DNA of 64,000 nt from Eledone cirrhosa (Eukaryota). Numbering within the stretch: position 1 is the stretch's first letter; each line of letters starts with the position of its first letter. The DNA lies in NCBI GenBank assembly GCA_964016885.1, contig OZ024743.1, forward strand, positions 36,456,001-36,520,000, given 5' to 3'. The notes beneath the pieces are model-generated. The model was not told where the DNA came from and searched no databases. It was given only the letters and a program-made list of their open reading frames with translations. Both the position numbers and the translations under genes were made by a program. Positions 41,394 through 54,360 of this stretch are shown here, one piece after another.

Positions 41394-42042
41394 ACTAATC
41401 AGTACTGTCATGAGAGTGTAGTAGTACAGTACATGTCATGTCTGTATACACTGTCTAAATGTACTGTCAGTACTGTATGTACTGTAGTCGTACTGTATGT
41501 TGAGTGTGTACTGTGTATATAGTATATGACAGTATGTCATATAGTACTGTAAGTACTGACTATACATACATGACAGTACTGTACAGTAAAGTCAGTACTG
41601 ACAGTACATGTACAGTGACTGTACTGTACATGACAGTATCATATACAGACATACATACTGTACAGACATATACATGTATGTCTGTCTGTGTCATGTACTG
41701 TCTGTCAGTCATAGTACATATCATTCATAGTCACAGTAATACATAGATATACATATATAGACAAGTACATAACATATACATACATACATACAGACATACA
41801 CTAGTACAGAACATACACAGTCATACTTACAGTACATACACATACAGTACATATATATACATACATATAGATAGTACATACATAAGTGTATACATACATA
41901 CATACATATATATATACATACATACATACACACATACATACACATATACATACACATACATACATATATATACATATACATACACACATACACATATACA
42001 TACATATATACACATATACATACATACATACATACATATATA

Positions 42043-42074
<32 letters not shown>

Positions 42075-42325
42075 CATACATACATACATATATATACATA
42101 CATACATATACATACATACATACATATACATACATACATACATATACATACACACACATACATACATACATAATACATATACATACATACATATACATAC
42201 ATATACATACATACATACATACACATACATACATACATACATATACATACATACATATATACATACACATACATACATATATATATATACATACATACAT
42301 ACATACATATACATACATACATACA

Positions 42326-42357
<32 letters not shown>

Positions 42358-42440
42358 CATACATACATACATATACATACATACATACATACATATACAT
42401 ACATACATATACATACATATATATATACATACATACATAC

Positions 42441-43304
42441 ATGGTGGCTGCCAACTCGTTTTCGAGTATGGCCACCACTCCATGTAGGAGAACCCCTACC
42501 GATGTGCTGAACGAGTGTGACTTTTTAGTCCAGCCAGCGACTTGAAAACTCTGGTACAAACACTACACTTGTGACAATTATTGACACTTAGTGCTGGGCC
42601 CATGGTATCATGTGACGACAAGTGCAGGGAGATCTCCAGATATAAAGCAATGCCTGCGCTGTGAAGCTTTTATAGTGAGCAAAGGCACTGCACAAAGCCA
42701 GTCACACACACATATATACACACACATATACATACATACGTGCACACACATATACATACACATGCACACACATACACATACATACACATGTACACACACA
42801 TATACATATACATGTACACATACATACATACCCATGTACACACACATATACATACATATGCACACACACACATACACACACATGTACACATATACATGTA
42901 CACACACATACATATACATACATATGTACACACACATATATATACACACACATGTACACACATATATATGGTGGCTGCCAACTCGTTTTCGAGTACGGCC
43001 ACTACTTTATATCCATGTAGGAGAACCCCTACCGATGCGCTGAACGAGTGACTTTTTAGTCCAGCCAGCGACTTGAAAACTCTGGTACAAACACTACACC
43101 TGTGACAATTATTGACACATAGTGCTTTGCCCATGGTACCATGTGACGACAAGTGCAGAGAGATCTCCAGATACAAAGCAATGCCTGTGCCGTGAAGCTT
43201 TTATAGTGAGCAAAGGCACTGCACAAAGCCAGTCCCACTCTCTTAACCAAGATGATATTTACCAAAAAGAAGAACAAGTCAACATCATTGGATACCATCA
43301 GGGT
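42441..43304 (-). mobile_element. Two 5'-truncated family S1 copies (42441-42703 and 42968-43304)
   Basis: Both start atggtggctgccaactcg on the plus strand and lie in (TACA)n/(CA)n tracts. Confidence 0.85.
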
Positions 43305-43365
43305 ATATACATAATAGATACATACATATATACATACATATATACATACATACATACATATATAT

Positions 43366-43639
43366 ATGATGGCTGCCCCATCGTTATCGAGTATGGCCAT
43401 TGCACGATATACCATTATTCATAATTATTAATTAATTCTATCGTGCAAAAGTGAGGAAAGACTGTGCACTGAGCCAATCCCACTCTCCGAGCGACAGTAG
43501 CTATAACCCGAAAAGAAGAAAATATCAACATCATCGGTAACTACTGAGCCGCAGGTTTTATATCGGAGTTATCCCAGTTTCCTGAGTTGCCTTCTCCTAG
43601 AAGAATGCCCTGAGAATGGCTAGGGGTCCTTCACTCCCA
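43366..43639 (-). mobile_element. Family S2 copy, 5'-truncated
   Basis: Reverse complement of about 10238-10537 with small deletions. Confidence 0.8.
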
Positions 43640-44999
43640 ACATCCGTGCATACATACATATATACCTACCTACCTACCTACATATATATATATACATACA
43701 TACATACATATGTACATAGATACATAATACATGCATACATACATACATATATACATACATACATACAAAATACATACTACATACATAATACACACATAAT
43801 ACATATATGCATACATACATACATACATACATATATGCATACATACATATATACATACATACATAATAGATACATACATAATACATACATACATACATAC
43901 ATACATACATACATACATACATACATACATACATACATACATACATACATACATACATAACCCATAAATTCTTTATCCATGATCATCAGATCTACACTGT
44001 AAATATCAACAATACTCAGAAATGTGTAGATTTAATATTTGAGTGGAATTTCGCCAGAAATAATTATAGTTGATTGTTGAACAAGGGAAAACTGCTTTCA
44101 AAGCGAAAAAAATTAACATCAATGGCCTCTCTCTCTCTCTTTCTCCCCCCCCCCCTCTCTCTCTCTCCCACTCTCCTCTTTCTCCCCTCTCTCTCTCTCT
44201 CTCCGCTCTCCTCACTGTCTCTTTCTCTTTCTCCCCTCTCTCTCTCCACTCTCCCCACTCTCTCCCCCTCTCTCTCCCCCTCTCTCTCCCTTTCTTTCTA
44301 CCCCTCCTCCTTTCTCTCCCTCTTTCTCTATCACTCTCACTCCCTCTTTATACCCCCTTTAGATATATTACCTGAATTAAGAATGTAAAGGGCCGGAACT
44401 CTATACCGTGAAGCATGATGTTCGACGCTCTTAATCACAGGGACTGCTTCTTTTGAATAACTGATTTATTCTAGAAAACGGAGTTTAACTCGGTTGCGGG
44501 GTAGGAGAAATCAAAAACGGCAGAAATTTGACATCGATTTAAATAAATGTTTAAAGTCGCATTATATCCTTTGATATGATCTACTAACCAGAAAGCGTCG
44601 AATTACATTCAAGGATCATGTCTATATATCATCATGAAAGGTGGAAAGAAGCCTTGACCAAAAGCTCACATCTTTTGTGAAGTTGTTTAGAATGGAAACG
44701 TGTCACCGACTAAAGCTATAATAAATATATAAACACTTCCTAATCATAATGTTGTAGCTGTAAGAGTGTTGGTGTGTCGGGTCAAATGGAATGATTTGCA
44801 GGCCTATTCCGACAAGGAATAACAACTTCAATGTGTACTTTAATAAATGAGGTATTCGGCAACTCATTGTAATCATCCTGGATATTTCCCTTGCAATAGG
44901 AACAGCCTCGTGAAGGCTACGTGTTAGCAATTAAAGTTGGCGCGACTTCTTCATCACCTCAAATAATACTCATGTCGGTTTCTCCCTTTCTTCTTAATG

Positions 45000-45520
45000 T
45001 TGATACAGAGCTGCGGTGATGTAAACCTTGTAATGGTGTTAGGCTTAAGATGCTATCTGGAAGACTCTAGCGAGGAATCTAATCGTAGGCAGCATAAGCA
45101 AGATGGTTGTTAAACTCTATATTTGGAGCAAACACAATATTCGGTCATATCTCTCTAAGAAATTGGGAAACAATGGAAACAATAGCATGTTTACCGTCTT
45201 TCTAAGAAGAAAGAAGATAGAGCTGGTTGTTAAAATAGTCGAGTTATCTCTTGCTCTCTTGGATGTAACAAGAGATATACTCGTCTAGATTACACTTAAA
45301 TTAATTGAATATTTTCTTGAGAGAGTTCTGCCGGGGTCTAAACGTGGCTTTCGAGACAATAGTGGTACTGTTGGTGTGATGTTTATTTCTCGTTTCTTGC
45401 TCAAGAAGTGTAAAAAAAAAGGGGATAAACATAAAAACTAACAGTCTACGAGGTATATAAGTTATTTTGACAGAAAGACCTTAACAAAACTTTTGTTAGT
45501 CAACAGAATTATATCGAGGA
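45000..45520 (+). mobile_element. Decayed RTE-like LINE RT fragment
   Basis: Remnants KKEDRAGC*NSRVISCS and VLPGSKRGFRDNSGTVGVMFISRFLLKKCK resemble the RTE motifs KGDR..C.NYRGISLL and LPESQCGFR..RGT.DMIF..RQL.EKC. Confidence 0.6.
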
Positions 45521-46713
45521 ACGTTTTTATATTTGTCATCTAAATTGCCTTTCTATTCTACGTGTCCTTGTACTATCCAAAGTGTACTTCGTTGTCCTCA
45601 CCCTCTCCCTTGATTCAATAGACTTAAACGAGGTCCAACATACTTATATATCGATACTATTTCAACTCAAGTAAATGGAAGATTCGGTTACTGTTTCATA
45701 TCATCCACGTTTATTTCATTATACTTTCCTATCTCTATACCTGACATTTCCTAGTCAACTTGTTGAGGATACTTCGCTGGGGAGATTTAATAAGATCGAT
45801 ACATTCCCGTTGCTTTCACCAAGTCGGATTATATAAAGGGTCCATTCCCACCGTATTGTCTTAAATTGTTAAAAAAATATTTTGTTACATAATAATAATT
45901 GTTTCTACTTTGAACACAAGGCCAGCAATTTATAGAGGACGGTAAAGTCGATTAAATCGACCCCAGTGCGTGACTGCTACTTTATTTTATCGACCCCGAA
46001 AGGATGAAAGGCAAAGCTAAACACGGCGTGATTTGAACTCAGAACGTAAAGGGCCATAACATACTTAGCTGGGGAGATTTAATAAGATCCAAACATTCTC
46101 GTTGCTTTCACCAAGTTGGATTATAGAAAGGGTGCACCCCCACTGCATTGTATTAAATAGTTCCAAAATATTTGGGTCAATTCAGGCTACAGGAATTCTT
46201 TCTTTTCCTTGCGTCTCATTACATGAACAACTTTCAAGGAAGTTTAGGTCTTGAAATTGCATGGATAATCTCAGTTGACTGAAATTTTCAGTTGCCATAT
46301 TTAGATATGTAAGCGGCTGCGCATTCTACAATGCATGGGCCGACATGAGGCTATGGTAACTGATGCCGAGACTAATGATTGTGAAGCAAACTCCTTAACC
46401 ATTCAGTCATGCTACAACCAAAGAGGTACAAATACTATAAAAAATAACATTGAATGTATATCACATACCTTCTATATATATGGAGCGACTGGCGGTGGAT
46501 TAGTCATCTTGGCGTGTATTTACTTCAGTAGGTGACTCTCATGTTGAAAAGGATCGTACAACCTTGATGGAGAAAAGACAAAAGGTCGTTACCAATGACA
46601 ACAACAATCGGTTAAAATGTTAAATAGAAGGAGGCGTCGTCATCAGTCAAAATAGATTTCTGGAGGCACACACACACATATATATACACGCTCACATACT
46701 TGCATAGATACAT

Positions 46714-46778
<65 letters not shown>

Positions 46779-46829
46779 TACACATACACACATATATATA
46801 TATATATGCATATATATATATATATATAT

Positions 46830-48860
46830 TTATTAAAATAACAGATTAAAGTTTAAGCAAAGAATCGCTGCTTTCACCCTTAACGGGATCTTCTGAGAGC
46901 CGAATAATACGCTTAATTACATAAGTAAGCATTCTAACCATCCTGCCAGCATAACCAAGAACCTGGTAAGAAACGTTTTTTTGAGGCTTTCCCGTCTGTC
47001 AACAAACGAGCATATTTTCCCCGACCATTCTCCGTATTACAATGAAGCTCTTGCTCGGAGTGGATGTGTAGATATGGTAGCATATACCGAGTATGAGCAT
47101 AGACCTAGGAAAAATAGATCCCGGTGCATTACATGGTATAACCCACCATATAATATGGAGGTGGCCACACCGTTAGCTGAGATCTTTCTCTCCTTTATTA
47201 TGAAGCATTTCCCTCCAGCACATAAATATAATAACATTTTTAATAGAAATACCATTAACATTTCTTATTCTACGACTCCTAACCTTTCACATAACATCAC
47301 TGCTTCAAATTTAGCTAAATTACCTAGCCGTAGGAACACGTGCAACCCTGTAGCTAGTACTAACTGTAATTGTAGGAATCGGGTTGACTGCCCCCTTTCC
47401 GAGAAATGCCTCTCTAGTAACATTGTCTACAAATGTAAGGTTGAAACACCCACGTCACGTAGGGCTTACATAGGGTTAACCGCCAATAGATTCAAGCAGC
47501 GTCTTTACATGGATACCCATTCTTTTCTTAACCCTTTAAGAAGGAATATGACGTCACTTTCAGCTTATATCTGGAGTCTAAAAGACAACCACACCCAATA
47601 TAAGTTACACTGGGAGATCCTAGCTAAAGCTAGATCTATAACGGAAATAAAAGACCATGTGACCTCTGCGCCGCTGAAGCCCTCTACGACAATGACCACA
47701 TCTTAAACAAAAAAAATCTTAGGCAATTTCGGCTTGTAAACATAAATTGCACAAAGCTTTCCTGTATTAGAGCCCCACATTATACCCTAACGGATAGTAC
47801 AAACTATACGCGGATAATTTACGTCTTGATGTGCTAGCTAAGTATATTTTATGTTTATACCATTACTTATTTCTATAGGTAAGTATATATTACCTGTATG
47901 TTTTGTGAAAGTACGTATACTTTCTCGTACGTATATTTGCTTGTACTTGTTATAGGCGTATATATTATATCATATATACTGGTACATGTGTATATGGTTA
48001 TGTGTATACGTGAGATTTGCGTTTGTGTGTGTATATGGGTTTGCACGTATGCAAGGTGTGTGTATATGTGTACTTTGTGTTTTGGTTGACGTACGTTTAG
48101 CGAACATATGTGTATTTACTTGTAGGTACTATGTGCGCGCGTTATATATGTATTTATGTGTGTATATTTATATACGTTTATATAATTATTTGTATACACG
48201 CACACACACGCACACATATATATATATATTTATATATATATTTATATGTGTATTTGGTGTATACGTTCGTATGTGCGCGGGTACAGGCGTTGCGTCGGTT
48301 TTTATATGTGCACGCGTGTTTTTGTGTACATGCTTGTATTTGCATACCCATGGCGGGTGTTTTCGCGTATTCATGTGTATGTACGTATATGGATGCGTGC
48401 ATGTATATATTTAATTATTGTTGATTTCAATAACCTCTGTAATTTATTTACATTATTTTTAACTCTGAAGCTGAGAATCATTCGGTTTCCTAAATAGAAT
48501 TTTAGTCTACGACTTCATAAACGTGGTTTTGTCTTTGCGTGTAATTGTTCTCACCGTTCAAAATAATGACGTATTATCTTCGTTTTTTTTCGTTCTTTGC
48601 CAGGCAACGTCTCCACGAACCAAAGTATCGTCTTCCTGTCTTCCTTCAGTTGCAACCTTTTTCGAAATATTTACTTCTGCGTTCACAGATTGATTGTTTT
48701 AGTTTCAGAAGATCCCGTTAAGGGTGAAAGCAGCGATTCTTTCCTTAAACTTTAATCTGTTATTTTAATAAATATTTGCTCTACGGTTCTTATATATTTG
48801 ATATATATTTATCCTTATTGAGCCCTCTTTGAATTTTAGTCTTTAAATTTATTATTATTA
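46830..48860 (+). mobile_element. Penelope-like element 3 (RT thumb + GIY-YIG), 5'-truncated, with inverted terminal fragment
   Basis: ORF 46981-47706 has ITWYNPPY, IFNRNT, CNCR..CPL..KCL..NIVYKC..AYIGLT..FKQR. The 3' terminus is family D, and an inverted copy of it sits at 46830-46896. (TA)n flanks. Confidence 0.88.
48701..48751 (+). ncRNA. Type I hammerhead variant (U4A, U.U stem II base) of PLE3/family D
   Basis: agttt-CAGAAGA-t-ccc/gttaa/ggg-t-GAAA-gca-gcgattctt-t(g/c)c-TT-aaact. Stem III is intact (tgc) in the 46850-46896 copy and mutated here. Confidence 0.68.
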
Positions 48861-48938
<78 letters not shown>

Positions 48939-49396
48939 AAGTTTGTCCTCATCAGTGGCCATCCAACCGTCGTAGGCATTTCGTCGCATTAAAGGCCATA
49001 TACCTCAGGTTGGTGCGAGCAACGGCTAAAAAAAAGTCGTTGGGACACGTAAATAAAGGGGACGCTAGGGTAAACAAACAAAATGGTTTAAGCAGCAGAA
49101 AGTGATGAAGAAGGAAACAAGCCCCAGATTTCTATGAATATAAATTCGGTGGAATCGTGAACGAGAGAATAAAAACCATCAAACCTGGTTGAAATGTGAG
49201 CAAGGAAGGAATTTCGCACAGGTCTAACGGGAGGAAGAAGGGGTCTGGTCTGCGAATTCGGTAAACATAAGTTCTGTGAAGTCGCAGACGAGAGAGAGAG
49301 AAAACAAATTCATGCCGGCTTGGCCAAGTGCCCGCGAGAAAAGGATATATATATGTATATATATATATACATATATATATGTATGTTTATAAATAA

Positions 49397-49474
<78 letters not shown>

Positions 49475-49842
49475 TGTATAGATATATACGGACTCTATAC
49501 ATCCACTTATATAAAGGTGGGGAAGGAAGGTGAGTATGTAAGATGAGGAGTTCGTGTATATTTTTATCTTTGTATCTGTGTTTGTATTTATGTCCTGTAA
49601 CTTAGCAGCTTGACAAAAAAGCGATCGATAAAATATGGATCAGAATTGAAAAATGAATACTGAGGTCGATATACTCGATTAATTCAAGGTGGTGCCCTAA
49701 CATGCCCACAGTGTAATGATTTGAGGAGAACATGTTTCGCTTTGTATTATGCATAAAATTTTGCATCTTCGAAATACTGAGTGCTGACAAAACAAAATTC
49801 ATGCGCATCAATAAATAGATATATGGAAAAGCATGGATCATC

Positions 49843-51397
49843 TGACTGATAAAATGACAAGTCAGTCAATCATATTGGTGGCCTCCCCACAGCCCCGGCG
49901 GACAGAATGGAGAAGGCGTTTCCCCGGAGGGCGGCAAGGGAGACGCGCTGGAAAAGCCATTCCAGCTCACGAGGCTCACACCTGCGGCTGGCTAGTTCAG
50001 CGCCTATGGTGAGGAGTAGGAAGGTAGCCCTAGAGCCGAGGACACCAGAAGTCTCCACTGCGAAGGGTACAACCGCAAACCTGTCGGAGAGCGACCGGTA
50101 CTTGAAGAGCTTGTCCTCCTCGGCTAGAGGTGCAGCAGAACCTGGGTTAGTCGCATACTGCACCAGCTTGCGGATGGAGAAAGTGTCGGCGCAAGTGGCA
50201 TCCCATAGGATGGGTTGGCCACTGCGGAACGGGAAGATGGTCATGCCATCTGGCCTTTCGCTGTCCAGCACCACCGGCTCGAGCTAGGAAGGGAACCCTG
50301 CAGCGTCCAAGCCATGCTTTATGACATCGTTGAGGGCAGCATGGCGTGGAAAGCAGCCGGCACTGTGGTGACAGGAAAGCGGGTGGAGGCCGAAAGAGTC
50401 CACGGTGGATCCACAGCGACATTGGTGTGGCTCGCAGATCCGGAGGGCGAGTCTCAAGGAAACGCCGATGCGCAGGCTATTGTTATCTAGCCAGTGGAGA
50501 AGGAGAGTAAGGCACGGAGCCGGGCACCACTGTGGGGTTTGGAGGCCGCGCGAAAACAGGCAAGGTGGTGCTGCTCGAGCTGGCGCGTGAGCATGTCTGA
50601 AGCCAGGCTGCACTGAATGGCATCCCAAATGCTTTCGGTGGACTTGACGTCAGCAGGTGGATAAGGAGGAGGGACGTCTACTGGGCTAAGTCCCAGCCGG
50701 TCCCACGTCTCACAAGCGGCCTCACGTTCCCTGAACACAGAGGGTTCTATTGTGTTTTGGAGAACCCTGCTGACGAGGACGCTGAATGAGGTTACCGACG
50801 AAAGAAACGTCGGCAAAGCCAGTGAGATCGGGTACCGGAGGCCAAAGCCATCATTCCTGACAGGTAAAGTGGCCTGTTGCATCCAATGTCGCCAAACCTA
50901 ACGTTGCATATCTCCTCGGCTGCTGCTCGGATAGAAGTATCGAGGTAAACGAGGAGAGATGCGTGGGTGTAGCACGGAGCGCTGAGAAGGGTATAGAGGA
51001 GCTTCGGCATGGCGAAGCAGTTCCTCAACAGAAAGAGAGCTGGGTGACCGTCGATCAAGCCCAGCCAGCTCGTGAGGGTCAGGAGTTGTTGGAGCCTGGA
51101 CCTGATGATGGATCGGATGGCCGGCGGGTGGATCGGTGACTCGAGGATGAGGACATCCTCTTTGGGGGGTCCTGATGGAGAATGGACCACACATCCGAGA
51201 CGGAGGCTGCAAAGCTCTCAGCATCGTGGCTCACAGTCACCGCCTCCGACTTGGACGAGTTAACCTGGAGGCCGATTCCCGCCAGGGCAGGAACCACCGA
51301 TTGTAGGTCATGGCAGACAGTCTGTACGGGCCCGCCCAACGTAGCATCAACCAGATACCAAACGTTGAGAGGGGCCGTGATACTCCGGGCGATAACC
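49843..51397 (-). mobile_element. CRE-clade-like non-LTR retrotransposon (RT C-terminal part + zinc finger + RLE), 5'-truncated and frameshifted
   Basis: LNVWYL(V)[47 protein letters not shown]...WDATC.DT, VPFAVETSG, FQRVSLA.LRGNA. Confidence 0.88.
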
Positions 51398-51710
51398 AGT
51401 AAAAGAATAAAAGAATAAAAGAATAAAAGAATATTACGCATATGAAGAACATTCCGCATGCGATCGCGAGTTTTCTGAAAATGTCATCAAGGTATATCTT
51501 CCTATACTTCCCACCGTAATACAAGTTTTTCTCGGATAAATATATAAACTAGTTCTGCTGCTGGGTATGGAATGGACTTCCGTCGATTGCGTTATAGTGT
51601 GTTCTAATTGTTCGACCAACGGAAAATCTTCCTTGTGAAATGAACATGTAAGTGTCTGAGCACCTTTACAATAATAATTAGGAATATTCAATGTAACGAC
51701 AGTCCATTAT

Positions 51711-51895
51711 CAGACCTGTCAACTCTCCCCGTCCAACAGGGAGATCTCCCACCCACTTTGAGGTGGGTAAGGGATGTCTTCTCTTGTGAAAAAGGGTATA
51801 GCTTTCATTATGTAAATACTCCCCATTATGACTCATTTCTTTCCGGTTTGGGGCACTTTTTTTCATGCTTGGGTATATAGAGGTTGGCAGGTCTG
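51711..51895. mobile_element. Possible MITE remnant
   Basis: Terminal inverted repeats cagacctgtcaac and gttggcaggtctg (12/13 match). No clear TSD. Confidence 0.4.
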
Positions 51896-52522
51896 TATTA
51901 GACTGGCTTCAAAATAGTTTCCGTCTAGGATCGATAATGGCTAAGATAAAAGCCACTTGCCCAAGATAATACGAAGTAGGATCTAGCTCGGGACCTTTTT
52001 AACAATTCAGCCATGCTGCGTCCAATGATGCTGGGTAATTGCTATCTAAATTCCGATAATGAAGCTTTGATCTTAGATAGAATCTAACATCTTTGTTACT
52101 GGAAGAATTCAAAGAATTACAAAATCTATAAGACAATATTGTCTTTCACTCCACAGTAAATGCTGACGAACTGTAACAACTGTGAAATGCACTCCATTAC
52201 CGAAGTAGATGTGACATGATCACAGCTTAATATACTCTCACTGTATGTTTGCTTTAAGTAATCATATTATATGTGTTCATATACGCCTTCATTTAGAATT
52301 ACGGCGTTCTAGTGCTCTGGCTAATGAAAGTGCTTGAAGTGATATTAAAACAGCGTATATTTAGCTTTTGTTTTGGCAAATATTTTAAAAAGAATATTTA
52401 GTTCATGTTAGATGAAGCTGAACATGGTTTATATTGTATTTAATAAATAGATCGTGGTTGTGGTACACACCTAGACATGTATCCATCCGCACGCACACAC
52501 GCACGCACGCACGCACACACAC

Positions 52523-52594
<72 letters not shown>

Positions 52595-52595
52595 T

Positions 52596-52646
<51 letters not shown>

Positions 52647-52761
52647 GCGCACACACGCATATGTCTATTTTAATGTGAAGCGGAGTATATGTGATACTGG
52701 GTGGACTATAATTAACTTACTAATTTACTGTTAAGAACTGTCAATAAAAGATAGACCATAA

Positions 52762-53545
52762 TCTATATATATAAAACTGAGGATGTCTGTGTGTGTGAGT
52801 TTGAATCCCTAAAACTCGAGAAGCACCCAACCGACTGTTTTCAAACTTTACACGTGTAATACTTATGTTTCAGGAAATGTTCTGAGCAAAAATTTCACAT
52901 TTTCAATGCCCTAGGGACCGCATTAGGCGATTTAGCGATCTCTCTCTATAACTCTTAGTCTTTCTCTTTTTAGATAGATACATACATATAACGTCGCACC
53001 CTTATAATATCTGTCTGTATGTCTGGCTGTCTGCAGTACGTCACTTCCCTGAGGATGTCTGTGTGTGTGTGTGTGTGTGTGTGTAAGTTTGAATCCCTAA
53101 AACTCAAGAAGTACCCAACCGATTTTTTTCAAACTTTACATGTATATTACTTATGTTTCAGGGAGTGTTATGCACATAAAAAATTCAACTTTTTGATATC
53201 CTAGGGCCTACATTAGTTGAAAAACCGCGTTTTTAAGCTTTTTAAGGGTTTTTTGAGGCGTTACGTCAGATCGATTTCCTTGAAATTGAAACTATGTATT
53301 AGTCAGTCTCTTCTTCATACCGTGAGCACATAAAAAAAAATTGATTTTCTTGATCCCCTAGGGCCCGCATTAGGTGAAAACCTGCATTTTTCCTGCTTCA
53401 TCGAGGAAAATCTTAAAGATTATCCAGCCATCAGAGTATTCGGTTTATTTTCTTTACATATTGTCCAGGCATGCAGTTTTTAGGTCTATTAGCGGCCCGC
53501 GTTCAAACATCCCTTATCCCGTGCAACGCCGGGTATCACTGCTAG
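52762..53545 (+). mobile_element. Non-autonomous Helitron
   Basis: A|TCTATATATATAAAA 5' end, subterminal hairpin cccg-tgcaacgc-cggg (53518-53533), CTAG|T 3' end and no TSD. Internal duplication of about 52777-52925 at about 53049-53215. Confidence 0.85.
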
Positions 53546-54034
53546 TGATATATAATTATATTCTAAAAGTATTACATAGGATATTTATATAAGTATATAT
53601 AATGCTACTAATTAACACTAGTAAGACCAGTATTTAACATAATACGCAATACTTTAAGGAAAGTAGATTGTAAATATTATGTAAATATTATGTAAATATT
53701 TCGTTTATTTCGCTTCATCGTAGGGATTAATAACAACAACAACAACAACAATAATAATGATTTCTACTAAAGGCATAAGGCCAGCAATTTGAAGGGACGG
53801 GAAAAGTCGATTAAATTGACCCTAGTGCAATATTAGTGCTTTGTTTTATGATGTAAGGATGAAAGGCAAAGCTAACATCGGCTTTGCTTAATAACAATAA
53901 TAATAAAGCTGCAGAGTAAAAAATACTGGATTGGTGTCCAATGCAGGATAGCTCAGTTCAATTTTAAGGTTTGAGGACCCCTTAAAGTCGTTTACGTCTC
54001 TCTCTACAAATATCTTACAATTATTGGTGTCTAA

Positions 54035-54360
54035 AAACTGACTGATAAAATGAAAAGTCAGTCAATCATATTGGGGCTTCCCACAGCCCCGACGGACAGA
54101 ATGGAGAAGGCGTTTCCCCGGAGGACGGCAAGGGAGACACGCTGGAAAAGCCATTCCAACTCGTGAGGCCCACACCTGCGGCTGGCCAGCTCAGCGCCTA
54201 AGGTGGTGAGTAGGAGGGTAGCCCTAGGGCCGAGGACACCAGAAGTCTCCACTGCCAAGGTTACAACCACAAACCTGTCGGAGAGCGACCGATATTTGAA
54301 GAGTTTGTCCTCCTCAGCCCGACGTGCAGCAGAACCTGGGTTAGTCACAGACTGCACCAG
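54035..54360 (-). mobile_element. 3' fragment of the CRE-like RLE LINE
   Basis: Near-identical to 49843-50167. Confidence 0.88.

Noticed and set aside
48935-48960. Minus-strand ggcca-CTGATGA-ggac
   Set aside because: Truncated by (TA)n before any GAAA. It may be a relic but cannot be tested from this window.
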